DNA from: a virus
DNA length: 45,514 bases
IMG/VR virus record: IMGVR_UViG_3300003375_000003
Span: 1 to 45,514 of that record
Reading direction: 5' to 3' (one strand)
This document shows, one piece after another, positions 1-7,397 of the stretch (within the stretch, counting starts at the first letter, position 1; every line of letters begins with the position of its first letter). Both the position numbers and the translations under genes were made by a program. The notes under the pieces are model-generated. The model did no database searches and was not told the DNA's origin. It worked only from the letters and a program-made list of their open reading frames with translations.

Positions 1-322
1 TACTACCATCGGCAATGATGCCCTTCGCTCTTGCGGTGCGCTCGTAACGGTCAACCTGCCTGTATGTACTACCATCGGCAATGATGCCCTTCGCTATTGC
101 GATGCGCTCGTAACGGTCAACCTGCCTGTATGTACTACCATCGGCAATGATGCCCTTAGCTCTTGCGGTGCGCTCGTAACGGTCAACCTACCTGTATGTA
201 CTACCATCGGCAATGATGCCCTTCGCTCTTGCGGTGCGCTCGTAACGGTCAACCTGCCTGTATGTACTACCATCGGCAATGATGCCCTTCGCTATTGCGG
301 TGCGCTCGTAACGGTCAACCTG
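1..322. repeat. 66-bp tandem repeat array, about 4.9 copies here plus 1.6 copies at 45418-45514
   Basis: Unit starts at 1, 67, 133, 199 and 265. Copies are identical except at a few positions (cgc/agc, tct/tat, ggt/gat, ctg/cta). The array lies within the LRR ORF. Confidence 0.95.
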
Positions 323-790
323 AAAAAACAAAAATTAAATACTAAATGTGTTGATGGCTATTTATTCGTTATAGAATCAGAAAAAACGTCAAAAGGTATA
401 AAAATATATTCCGGCTATAACTTCTGCGGAATGGAGAAAAATGTAATCAGCAAACAGCCGTGTTTCGTGTCTGAGAAAGATGGATTTACGGCGCACGGCG
501 AAACTGTTAAAAAATCTATTGGCGACCTGCAATTTAAAATCGTTGCTGAGAAACTTAAAAAAGACCCGATTAATAAGGACACGCTTTTTACGGTTAAATA
601 CTACCGCTTACTGACCGGCGCATGTGATATGGGTTGTCGCGACTGGATGGACAGAAACAAAGTGCCCTATACCGTTGTAGATAATCAGGCGGTTGAGGTT
701 AAACCGATAAAGGTTGTTGATCTGTTGCCTATGCTGCAAAAATCAAATGCATGGGGTGTGGAAAAATTCAAATCATTAATAACATTTTAA
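1..790 (+). CDS. BspA-type leucine-rich-repeat (LRR_5-like) protein, 3' part; continues from 45268..45514 across the circular junction
   Basis: Frame 2 is open from nt 2 to the TAA at 788-790. It translates as five 22-aa units (TTIGNDALRSCGALVTVNLPVC) followed by about 155 aa of non-repeat C-terminal domain. The ATG at 431 in the ORF track is internal. 209 nt (45268-45476) plus 790 nt equals 999 nt, which is in frame. Confidence 0.75.
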   Translation, partial: TTIGNDALRSCGALVTVNLPVCTTIGNDALRYCDALVTVNLPVCTTIGNDALSSCGALVTVNLPVCTTIGNDALRSCGALVTVNLPVCTTIGNDALRYCGALVTVNLKKQKLNTKCVDGYLFVIESEKTSKGIKIYSGYNFCGMEKNVISKQPCFVSEKDGFTAHGETVKKSIGDLQFKIVAEKLKKDPINKDTLFTVKYYRLLTGACDMGCRDWMDRNKVPYTVVDNQAVEVKPIKVVDLLPMLQKSNAWGVEKFKSLITF

Positions 791-899
791 CCAAGTTCAG
801 ATTGACAGGGAAATCGGAAGAAAGTACCTGTTTTAACATCTTTTATTAACAACTAAAAATATCGCCCAAAGAGAAGATTAACAATTAAAAACAAATCTG

Positions 900-1058
900 A
901 TGAAAACGAAATCAAAGTCAAGAAACGCAGAGGAAATTAAACTAAGGAACGAATGGGGCTACAATCCAGTCCCGAAAGAATATCAAATAGCAGCCGCATT
1001 AATAGCCCTGTTTTCGGCACTATACATTTTTCAGGGCGTTGGTATTATTCACTTTTAA
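900..1058 (+). CDS. small hypothetical membrane protein (52 aa), below the ORF-track cutoff
   Basis: ATG 900 to TAA 1056-1058. The C-terminal hydrophobic stretch is AAALIALFSALYIFQGVGII. Same strand as neighbours. Competes with track ORF 953..1162 in another frame. Confidence 0.3.
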   Translation: MKTKSKSRNAEEIKLRNEWGYNPVPKEYQIAAALIALFSALYIFQGVGIIHF

Positions 1059-1405
1059 AATTGAATTATGAACCGCAAAACGCAAAAGCACGAACTGTTT
1101 ATAACATTCTATGGACACACAAGACCGAGGAAGCAAAGGGTTTCGATTCGTGTATGGCTTAGCCGATTCTTCCCTGAACTATTATAACAACATCTCTTAA
1201 CCAAATCAAAGTACGGTAATGGAAAATAGCACAGAAACAACGCAGAACATAGTAATTATCTGTTCAAGCTCCGACGAAAGGGATAAGGTTTTTAACATGT
1301 GTAAAGAAAGCGCACCTATTGGACTGTTTACGCACACGCACATACAGAAAATGCAAAGCGAATAGAAGCATCTGAAATAATCGAAAAAGGAATAGCAACA
1401 ACCAA

Positions 1406-1576
1406 ATGACCCTCACCCACCGACAAAAGCTAAGAGAAGCCCGATTGCATTTAAAATCTGCATGGGCTTGTTGGGAGGCGGCACTACTTACCGAGCGTGA
1501 ACAATATTGGTGGGACATGGTACTGAAAAAACAAGACGAAATTTCTTATTTGAAAATGAAAGGAGTAAAAAGGTAA
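1406..1576 (+). CDS. small hypothetical protein (56 aa)
   Basis: ATG 1406 to TAA 1574-1576 gives MTLTHRQKLREARLHLKSAWACWEAALLTEREQYWWDMVLKKQDEISYLKMKGVKR. It is co-oriented with the operon and ends 11 nt before the next start. The overlapping minus ORF 1264..1518 has an implausible composition. Confidence 0.3.
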   Translation: MTLTHRQKLREARLHLKSAWACWEAALLTEREQYWWDMVLKKQDEISYLKMKGVKR

Positions 1577-1587
1577 AAACTTAGATT

Positions 1588-1983
1588 ATGAAACTAGAAC
1601 AACAAGTATGCAGCCTAGAACAGGCAAAACGATTGCAAAAATTAGGAATACTCAGAAACTCTATTTTTCACTGGTGTGAATACAATGGCGCATCTAAGGT
1701 AATGCAGCCGAATAAATACGAAAGGGAAATGAGTCCCGATATATATTTCTCTGCTTTCACAGTTGCTGAGTTGGGGGTAATGTTGCCACTATATTATTAT
1801 TCATACGAGGGTGACAGTGGCAGGGAGTGGTATTGTTTATATGACGGCGATGAAAGTCAATACGAAAAGTATGAGTTTACAAATTCACACACCGAAGCCG
1901 AAGCGCGCGCCAAAATGCTCATTCACCTGCTTGAAAACAACCTGACAACCACATCCGATTGCAATAACCGCCTCAACTCCTAA
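1588..1983 (+). CDS. hypothetical early protein (131 aa)
   Basis: Clean ORF, co-oriented and tightly packed. No motif recognised. Confidence 0.6.
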   Translation: MKLEQQVCSLEQAKRLQKLGILRNSIFHWCEYNGASKVMQPNKYEREMSPDIYFSAFTVAELGVMLPLYYYSYEGDSGREWYCLYDGDESQYEKYEFTNSHTEAEARAKMLIHLLENNLTTTSDCNNRLNS

Positions 1984-1985
1984 CC

Positions 1986-2120
1986 ATGACCATCCTTCCA
2001 TTTTCCACACTACAACTTCTAAACCTGCTCGAATCGGGCATTTGGTTTCTGATAATAATATTACTGTCGGCTTTTGTATGGGCTTATTTCAGGCTTAAAA
2101 GGCAGTATGAGAGAAAATAA
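1986..2120 (+). CDS. small hypothetical membrane protein (44 aa)
   Basis: ATG 1986 lies 2 nt after the previous stop; TAA at 2118-2120. Contains one TM-like segment (GIWFLIIILLSAFVWAYF). Not in the ORF track because it is under 60 aa. Confidence 0.4.
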   Translation: MTILPFSTLQLLNLLESGIWFLIIILLSAFVWAYFRLKRQYERK

Positions 2121-2155
2121 CACCCCCAATTTTTAACAATCAAAATAGAAAAGAA

Positions 2156-2740
2156 ATGAGTACTACAATAACAACATACAAAGCCCCTACCATAGCCGAC
2201 CTTATAGCAGATAAGGAAATGGCTTTTGCGCAGGACGACCTTAATGTTATCCTCAATACACCCGTACCGCAAGCGTGGATAAAGACGCACCCAATGGTTA
2301 AAATAAAAATCAACGGGCAAGACACGCCGCTCCCCTACCTGCCTGTAAACCGTGTGAAATACCTGCTCAAAAGGATATACGGTAAATACGAATGGGAAGT
2401 AAAGGAGTGCAAGCAGGTGCTTAACGCAATGGTAGTAATCGGCAAGCTGACCATTACAAACCCCGTTACGGGAGAAAAAGAATCTCAGGATGGTATAGGT
2501 GCGGCAGCTATCCAAATGGACAAGGGAGCAACACAGGGAGACCTTACGGCGATCAAAGCGAATGCCATACAGATAGGCGCACCCGCCGCCGAAAGCTACG
2601 CACTTAAGAACGCAGCAGAGAAATTCGGCGACATATTCGGCGGCAACATTTACGACAAAGACGGCACAGCATATGCACCCGTTTTTAATGAGGAAGCAAG
2701 GAAATCATACACCCCACAAACTGACGGAAATGGAAAATAA
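2156..2740 (+). CDS. single-strand annealing protein, Rad52/Sak-like
   Basis: 194 aa. The segment PYLPVNRVKYLLKRIYGKYEWEVKE resembles the Rad52-family core (Y-hydrophobic...V...L...FG..W). It sits immediately upstream of, and overlaps, a YqaJ-type exonuclease gene. Confidence 0.6.
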   Translation: MSTTITTYKAPTIADLIADKEMAFAQDDLNVILNTPVPQAWIKTHPMVKIKINGQDTPLPYLPVNRVKYLLKRIYGKYEWEVKECKQVLNAMVVIGKLTITNPVTGEKESQDGIGAAAIQMDKGATQGDLTAIKANAIQIGAPAAESYALKNAAEKFGDIFGGNIYDKDGTAYAPVFNEEARKSYTPQTDGNGK

Positions 2741-3494
2741 AAATCAGGTTTTAGACTACACACCTCAGCAAACCGCAGCATGGTTTGAGCAACGTTTGGG
2801 ACTTATCACCAACTCGGAACTACATAGGCTTATGGCTTACCCCGACAAGATAACCGCAGAAAGCGAACTATCTAAGGGCGCAAAGACCTACATAGAGGAA
2901 TTGTTTTGGGAACTGGCGGACGGTTTCGCAAAAGAAGTAAAAGCGCGGACGTTGGAGTATGGCAACAATCAAGAGCCGAAAGCAAAGCAGAAACTCGCCA
3001 ACTCTATAAAACAGACATTGCACGACTGTGAATTTATCCCGCACCCTGAATTTGTTTTTTACGGTGGTAGCCCCGAATTAGAGCCGGTAATTGTGAACGG
3101 ATTGCGCACCACCACAGAGATAAAATGTCCCGCCACAGGGCGCAGCCACAATGAAAATATTGAGATGTGCAAGGCGTGGAAAGAAGACAATTCAGCATTA
3201 CTTAAAACATATCCTGAATTGTATTGGCAGATAAACGGGAATATGCTTTTACAAAAAACCGATGTATGTGTGTTCGTGTCCTACCACGAAACCAAGCTAT
3301 GTACTACCGACTATTTAGAGCATTATTTTCCAAAGGATGCCACAGCCATTGAGCGCATTAATATCCAACTACCAAAAGCCTATAAATACTATCAGGAATA
3401 CGGCAAACGTCACGGGGTAGATGTTAATGCTCACCTTGCCGAAAGACATAGATTATATTTTGAAAATAAGAAACCATTTACTAACGCAGCATAA
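2730..3494 (+). CDS. YqaJ/lambda-Exo-like recombination exonuclease (PD-(D/E)XK)
   Basis: N-terminal QQTAAWFEQRLGLITNSELHRLM matches the YqaJ signature (W..R.G.IT.S). The preferred start is ATG 2730 (MENKNQ), which overlaps the upstream stop; the track start 2673 would overlap the annealase gene by 68 nt. Confidence 0.75.
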   Translation: MENKNQVLDYTPQQTAAWFEQRLGLITNSELHRLMAYPDKITAESELSKGAKTYIEELFWELADGFAKEVKARTLEYGNNQEPKAKQKLANSIKQTLHDCEFIPHPEFVFYGGSPELEPVIVNGLRTTTEIKCPATGRSHNENIEMCKAWKEDNSALLKTYPELYWQINGNMLLQKTDVCVFVSYHETKLCTTDYLEHYFPKDATAIERINIQLPKAYKYYQEYGKRHGVDVNAHLAERHRLYFENKKPFTNAA

Positions 3495-3503
3495 AAACAA
3501 AAC

Positions 3504-3806
3504 ATGATTAATTTAAGTATTGACCTCAGCAAGATTGACAAAACACGTATCGTAAACGGTAAAAATGGAGCAATGTATTACAACCTCACAGTTGATAAAA
3601 AACAAAGCCCTGACCAATTCGGAAACGACCATACAGTTTATCAGACACCTACTAAAGACGAGCGCACTAATAAAGCCCCAAAGGTGTATGTGGGAAGCGG
3701 TAAGGAGTTTGTATTTAATAGGCAACAAAGTACACCCGAGCAACCCGCCTATGTTCTGCCCGTCAGCAATACGCCACCTACACCCATTGACGACCTCCCA
3801 TTTTAA
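3504..3806 (+). CDS. small ssDNA-binding-like protein with an SSB-type acidic C-terminal tip
   Basis: 100 aa ending in PTPIDDLPF (compare the bacterial SSB tip DDDIPF), preceded by a Pro/Thr-rich linker. Third gene of the annealase-exonuclease module. Confidence 0.6.
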   Translation: MINLSIDLSKIDKTRIVNGKNGAMYYNLTVDKKQSPDQFGNDHTVYQTPTKDERTNKAPKVYVGSGKEFVFNRQQSTPEQPAYVLPVSNTPPTPIDDLPF

Positions 3807-3855
3807 AGCCGCCTAACACGAATCATTGTTAACAGGTAAAATAAAAGAGTAAAGT

Positions 3856-4134
3856 ATGATTTCAAGACGAGTGGGAAAGAAACATTTGTGTCTATCGGTA
3901 AAGGGAGCATTAAAACAAGTACCCAATAATAGCAAATACAGTTTTGCCAATCATGACGACGGGCGACCGATGACAAACAAAGAGTTGCGGGTATATCTTG
4001 CAAAAGCAGACTTTGAAGGTAAGCTAGTTCTGCCAATGGGTGAATGTGACAACTTTGACGACCAATATGGATGCAGAGGGCATGACATTACTCTTTTGGT
4101 TCACGACTATGAATTTGAGGAAGGAAACGGATAA
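3856..4134 (+). CDS. hypothetical protein (92 aa)
   Basis: ORF in the operon orientation. No motif recognised. Start is uncertain. Confidence 0.45.
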   Translation: MISRRVGKKHLCLSVKGALKQVPNNSKYSFANHDDGRPMTNKELRVYLAKADFEGKLVLPMGECDNFDDQYGCRGHDITLLVHDYEFEEGNG

Positions 4135-4190
4135 TTTTTGTGTGAGGTAAACCCATGCTGCACTTTTTTTAAAACTCTAAAACGAACATT

Positions 4191-4511
4191 ATGCATAAGA
4201 AATCGTTTATGCCGCCTGACACCAGTTTGCAAGCCCATGACGGGGTTATTGAGCGCAAACAAAAGATAACCCACGCCGATATAATTATGAACGCTCTAAA
4301 GGTTAAGAAATTCGGCAACTATGAGGAAATAGCAATGTTCTGCAATCTTACATCTATGCAGGTTATACGCCGACTTTCTGAACTGGAAAAAGCAGGTAAG
4401 ATATTTAGGACAGGCAGAACAAGTAAAACGTTTTCGGGTGACCGTGGCGAGGTTTGGGCTATCCTAGAAAAACCGTCAGTAACACAACAGCAGACACTTT
4501 TTGCCGCATAA
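4191..4511 (+). CDS. winged-helix DNA-binding protein
   Basis: NYEEIAMFCNLTSMQVIRRLSELEKAGKIFRTGR resembles a MarR/wHTH recognition helix plus wing. Confidence 0.55.
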   Translation: MHKKSFMPPDTSLQAHDGVIERKQKITHADIIMNALKVKKFGNYEEIAMFCNLTSMQVIRRLSELEKAGKIFRTGRTSKTFSGDRGEVWAILEKPSVTQQQTLFAA

Positions 4512-4550
4512 CCAACACTAACACTTAACGCCGTCCTGTTTGGGCGGGAA

Positions 4551-5366
4551 ATGGAGAATATGAAAACAAAAGAGCAATATCAGATTGACAGGGAAGTTAT
4601 AGAAGCAAACAGGGAATATAAACCCATGCTCATTAACGATCACTTCCAAAATTACAAGTCATACAATATCCCAAAGGCGCAACTGATAATTGCGGATATA
4701 CCCTGTAACATTGGTAAAAACGCTTACGGCTCTAACCCGTCATGGTATATTGACGGCGACAATAAAAATGGAGAAAGCGAAAACGCTAACGCTGCCTTTT
4801 TTGATACCGACAGCGATTTTAGGATAACTGAATTTTTACACTTCTGTTCTACGCTATTGATAAAAGAACCAAAAGAGACGGGTAAAGCCCCATGCATGAT
4901 TGTATTCTGTGAGTTTGAGCAACAATTTGAACTTATACAAAAAGCCCCTAAATACGGTCTGAACGGATATATAAATCTTGTTTTCAGAAAGAATTTCTCA
5001 GCACAAGTTTTAAAGGCAAATATGCGCGTGGTTGGGAACTGTGAATATGCCCTAATTCTTTATCGGGATAAGTTGCCAAAGTTCAACAATGAGGGTAAGA
5101 TGGTTTTTAATTGCCTTGACTGGGTAAAAGATAATACAACGCCGAAGATCCACCCCACACAAAAGCCCGTTAAGCTTTTAGAAAAGCTGATAAGGATATT
5201 TACAGACAGGGGCGATGTGGTTATAGACCCTTGCGCCGGTTCAGGTTCGACCCTATTAGCCGCTTCTCAATGCGAACGCAGATCATACGGTTTTGAGATC
5301 AAAAAGGACTTTGTAAAAGAAGCAAAGGAAAAAGTATTAGGTACGTTTCAAAAAAACTTATTCTAA
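4551..5366 (+). CDS. beta-class N6A/N4C-type DNA methyltransferase (N6_N4_Mtase-like) with a non-canonical motif IV
   Basis: C-terminal HPTQKPVKLLEKLIRIFTDRGDVVIDPCAGSGSTLLAA is the classic PF01555-type AdoMet motif I region. The N-terminal motif IV position reads IIADIPCNIG (DIPC instead of D/S/N-PP-Y/F/W). Confidence 0.8.
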   Translation: MENMKTKEQYQIDREVIEANREYKPMLINDHFQNYKSYNIPKAQLIIADIPCNIGKNAYGSNPSWYIDGDNKNGESENANAAFFDTDSDFRITEFLHFCSTLLIKEPKETGKAPCMIVFCEFEQQFELIQKAPKYGLNGYINLVFRKNFSAQVLKANMRVVGNCEYALILYRDKLPKFNNEGKMVFNCLDWVKDNTTPKIHPTQKPVKLLEKLIRIFTDRGDVVIDPCAGSGSTLLAASQCERRSYGFEIKKDFVKEAKEKVLGTFQKNLF

Positions 5367-5397
5367 TCCCATCACCTGAGTAACGAGTTAAAAGAAA

Positions 5398-5640
5398 TTG
5401 GAAAAACTTATGGCACACGAATGTCCGATATGTTATATGAATTGTCATTGCGGAGGTGATATAGATGATATGTGCCTAGACGGTACAGACGAGCAATTGC
5501 ATTGCACCCATTGCAATGAAGATGAGGAAGATGAGGAAGATGGGGAAGACTGGGAATGTCCCAAATGTGGTGAATGGAATGGGGATCACGACGATAAGTG
5601 TCCGCTGAGAAATCCGTTTTATGATAGCAATATAGATTAA
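5398..5640 (+). CDS. small, highly acidic Cys-rich (zinc-ribbon-like) protein
   Basis: 80 aa with CPIC, CTHC and CPKC pairs plus further Cys/His residues, and an EDEEDEEDGED run. Confidence 0.6.
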   Translation: MEKLMAHECPICYMNCHCGGDIDDMCLDGTDEQLHCTHCNEDEEDEEDGEDWECPKCGEWNGDHDDKCPLRNPFYDSNID

Positions 5641-5678
5641 ATAAACAAAAGCTACCAAAGGATTGCCGTCCCGGTAGC

Positions 5679-5924
5679 TTGGTGAAAAACAAAATTATGA
5701 AACTACCAAATCATAAAATATATAGACCCGTTGAAATTCCCCTGATTTGTGACGGAATGGGGATATACGAGCTTGCTTGTTGGTCCGACTATGCTTACAG
5801 GCATAAACTGTCTGATTTAGCCATAGAAGTTGACAGGTGCGTTAAGAAACTGCCTTTAATAGATCAGGCGCAACTTAATAAACTGACATACTACAAACCG
5901 TATGTTTTGGAAATGGTAGGGTAA
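5679..5924 (+). CDS. hypothetical protein (81 aa)
   Basis: Clean ORF in the operon orientation. Its stop lies 2 nt before the left target duplication of cassette 1. Confidence 0.55.
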   Translation: MVKNKIMKLPNHKIYRPVEIPLICDGMGIYELACWSDYAYRHKLSDLAIEVDRCVKKLPLIDQAQLNKLTYYKPYVLEMVG

Positions 5925-5934
5925 TTTAAAAACA

Positions 5935-6491
5935 GGTAACTATATACTTATTTAACATAAAATGTAAAACAATATGGAACTACAATTTGATTACATAAAA
6001 TGCCCCTTAAACCGTTATACGTTTAAGGTCAAGAATATTAGGGAATGGGTAGAACGTAATTGCGAAGGCACAACACTTAATCTATTTGCTGGAATAACAA
6101 AGTTAAATATAGATGAAATACGAAACGATTTAGACACTATTGATGCTATTGCTGATTACAGGATGGATGCACTTGATTTTGTAAAAAAATGGAAGGGAAA
6201 GAAGTTTGACACTATACTACTTGACCCGCCATATGCGTATCGTAAAAGCATGGAAATGTATAAAGGAATAAGATGCTCGCCTTTCAGGCAACTGAAAGAT
6301 GAGTGTCCGAAGATATTATCTCCAAACGGTAAAATAATCACTTTCGGCTACCATTCAAATATATTTGGTTCAGGTCGTGGATTTATTGTTGAGAAAATTG
6401 CACTATTCAGTCATGGTGGGGCTATTCACGATACAATAGCATCTGTTGAACGTAAAATTAACAATCAAGGGTAAATAAGTATATAGTAATT
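5935..6491. mobile_element. TIR-bounded mobile insertion cassette 1 (557 bp; cargo is a small DPPY methyltransferase; no transposase)
   Basis: Left end is GGTAACTATATACTTATTTAACAT (5935-5958). The reverse complement of the right end is AATTACTATATACTTATTTACCCT (6468-6491). The direct repeat TAAAAACA abuts both ends (5927-5934 and 6492-6499). Confidence 0.7.
5974..6474 (+). CDS. small AdoMet-dependent methyltransferase with a DPPY motif (putative DNA N6A/N4C MTase)
   Basis: 166 aa. Motif I-like LNLFAGIT, an acidic NDLD, and motif IV LLDPPYAY. Its stop codon lies inside the right TIR of cassette 1. Confidence 0.65.
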   Translation: MELQFDYIKCPLNRYTFKVKNIREWVERNCEGTTLNLFAGITKLNIDEIRNDLDTIDAIADYRMDALDFVKKWKGKKFDTILLDPPYAYRKSMEMYKGIRCSPFRQLKDECPKILSPNGKIITFGYHSNIFGSGRGFIVEKIALFSHGGAIHDTIASVERKINNQG

Positions 6492-6608
6492 TAAAAACAA
6501 TACCGTGCTACTTGGCGGCGGCACGGCATAAACATCAATCGTTTGTTACATAGTTTCAAATTATGTGCCAAACGCAATAAAGAAAACGTTAAAGCACAAT
6601 TTTTAATT

Positions 6609-7397
6609 ATGGCATTAAGAGATCAGCCCTACTTACCCCTATATGTTCAGGATTTTATGACGGATGAAAAGTTGGCAGAATGTAGCGCAACAGCTAACGG
6701 GGTTTACATACGTATTATGTGTCTTTTACATAAATCAGAGGAGTACGGCACTATTTTGCTTAAGCAAAAGGATAAGCAAAACTCAAGCAAAAACATCAAT
6801 TTCGCACACAAACTTGCAAAATTTATGCCATATCCTTACTCCGATGTTTTGTCGGGTTTGGAGGAATTATTGAACGAAAATGTTTTGATGATTGAGGGCG
6901 ATAAGCTAATACAGAAGCGGATGTTAAAGGATTCGTGCATTAGCGATAGTAGGTCAAAAGCAGGTAAAAATGGGTACGCCTCAAAAACTTTTGCTCAAGC
7001 AAAACCTCAAGCAAACAGTCAAGCAAATCCTGAATATGAAAATGAAAGTGTAAGTTATAATGAGGGTATAGGTAATAATATAATTCCCGACTTTCAAAAT
7101 TTTGTCCCTCCTTCTGTTTTAGATGCCGTAATTGTCAGACCTCCGAACGCACCTGAATTTCAAAAAGTGTTAGAATTTTTTGTAGGTCATGGGAAAACCG
7201 AGGCAGACGCAACAACTTTCTTTAATCACTTTGAAGGATTAGGATGGAGAAAAGGAATATCCCCAATATTCGCATGGAGATCAATTGCAAACAACTGGAT
7301 CGCTAACATTCCCAATTTCATTAAAAACGAAAACGACAAAAAAGATATTCCAATTTCCCCTGCTGAACAAAAACTACTAAACAAATACAAAAGATAA
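6609..7397 (+). CDS. DUF1376-type replication initiation/primosome protein
   Basis: From ATG 6609: MALRDQPYLPLYVQDFMTDEKLAECSATANGVYIRIMCLLH, which matches the DUF1376 N-terminal signature. The track start 6543 is a TTG. The current stop TAA (7395-7397) lies inside the left TIR of cassette 2. Confidence 0.65.
   Translation: MALRDQPYLPLYVQDFMTDEKLAECSATANGVYIRIMCLLHKSEEYGTILLKQKDKQNSSKNINFAHKLAKFMPYPYSDVLSGLEELLNENVLMIEGDKLIQKRMLKDSCISDSRSKAGKNGYASKTFAQAKPQANSQANPEYENESVSYNEGIGNNIIPDFQNFVPPSVLDAVIVRPPNAPEFQKVLEFFVGHGKTEADATTFFNHFEGLGWRKGISPIFAWRSIANNWIANIPNFIKNENDKKDIPISPAEQKLLNKYKR

Noticed and set aside
94-279. Minus-strand 61-aa ORF inside the tandem repeat
   Set aside because: It is an artefact of the periodic sequence. 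The + strand frame is continuous with a 332-aa LRR protein whose repeat units match the BspA/LRR_5 pattern.
1-322. Possible CRISPR array, given the regular repeats at the contig end
   Set aside because: The 66-bp units are directly tandem with no unique spacers. They lie in an open reading frame and encode a recognisable LRR unit.
1-322. DGR-like adenine-specific diversification, since every polymorphic repeat position is A versus non-A (cgc/agc, tct/tat, ggt/gat, ctg/cta)
   Set aside because: There are only four sites, and by chance about half of all substitution pairs involve A. No reverse transcriptase (no YxDD-type ORF), template repeat or accessory gene is visible anywhere in the genome.
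1264-2515. Antisense track ORFs in the early operon (1264..1518, 2084..2515, 2140..2325; likewise 11774..12067, 12716..13114 and 44358..44600)
   Set aside because: They overlap better-supported + strand genes or small co-oriented ORFs. They have low-complexity, Cys/Phe/Leu-rich translations typical of shadow frames of AT-rich coding DNA, and would break an otherwise unidirectional operon.
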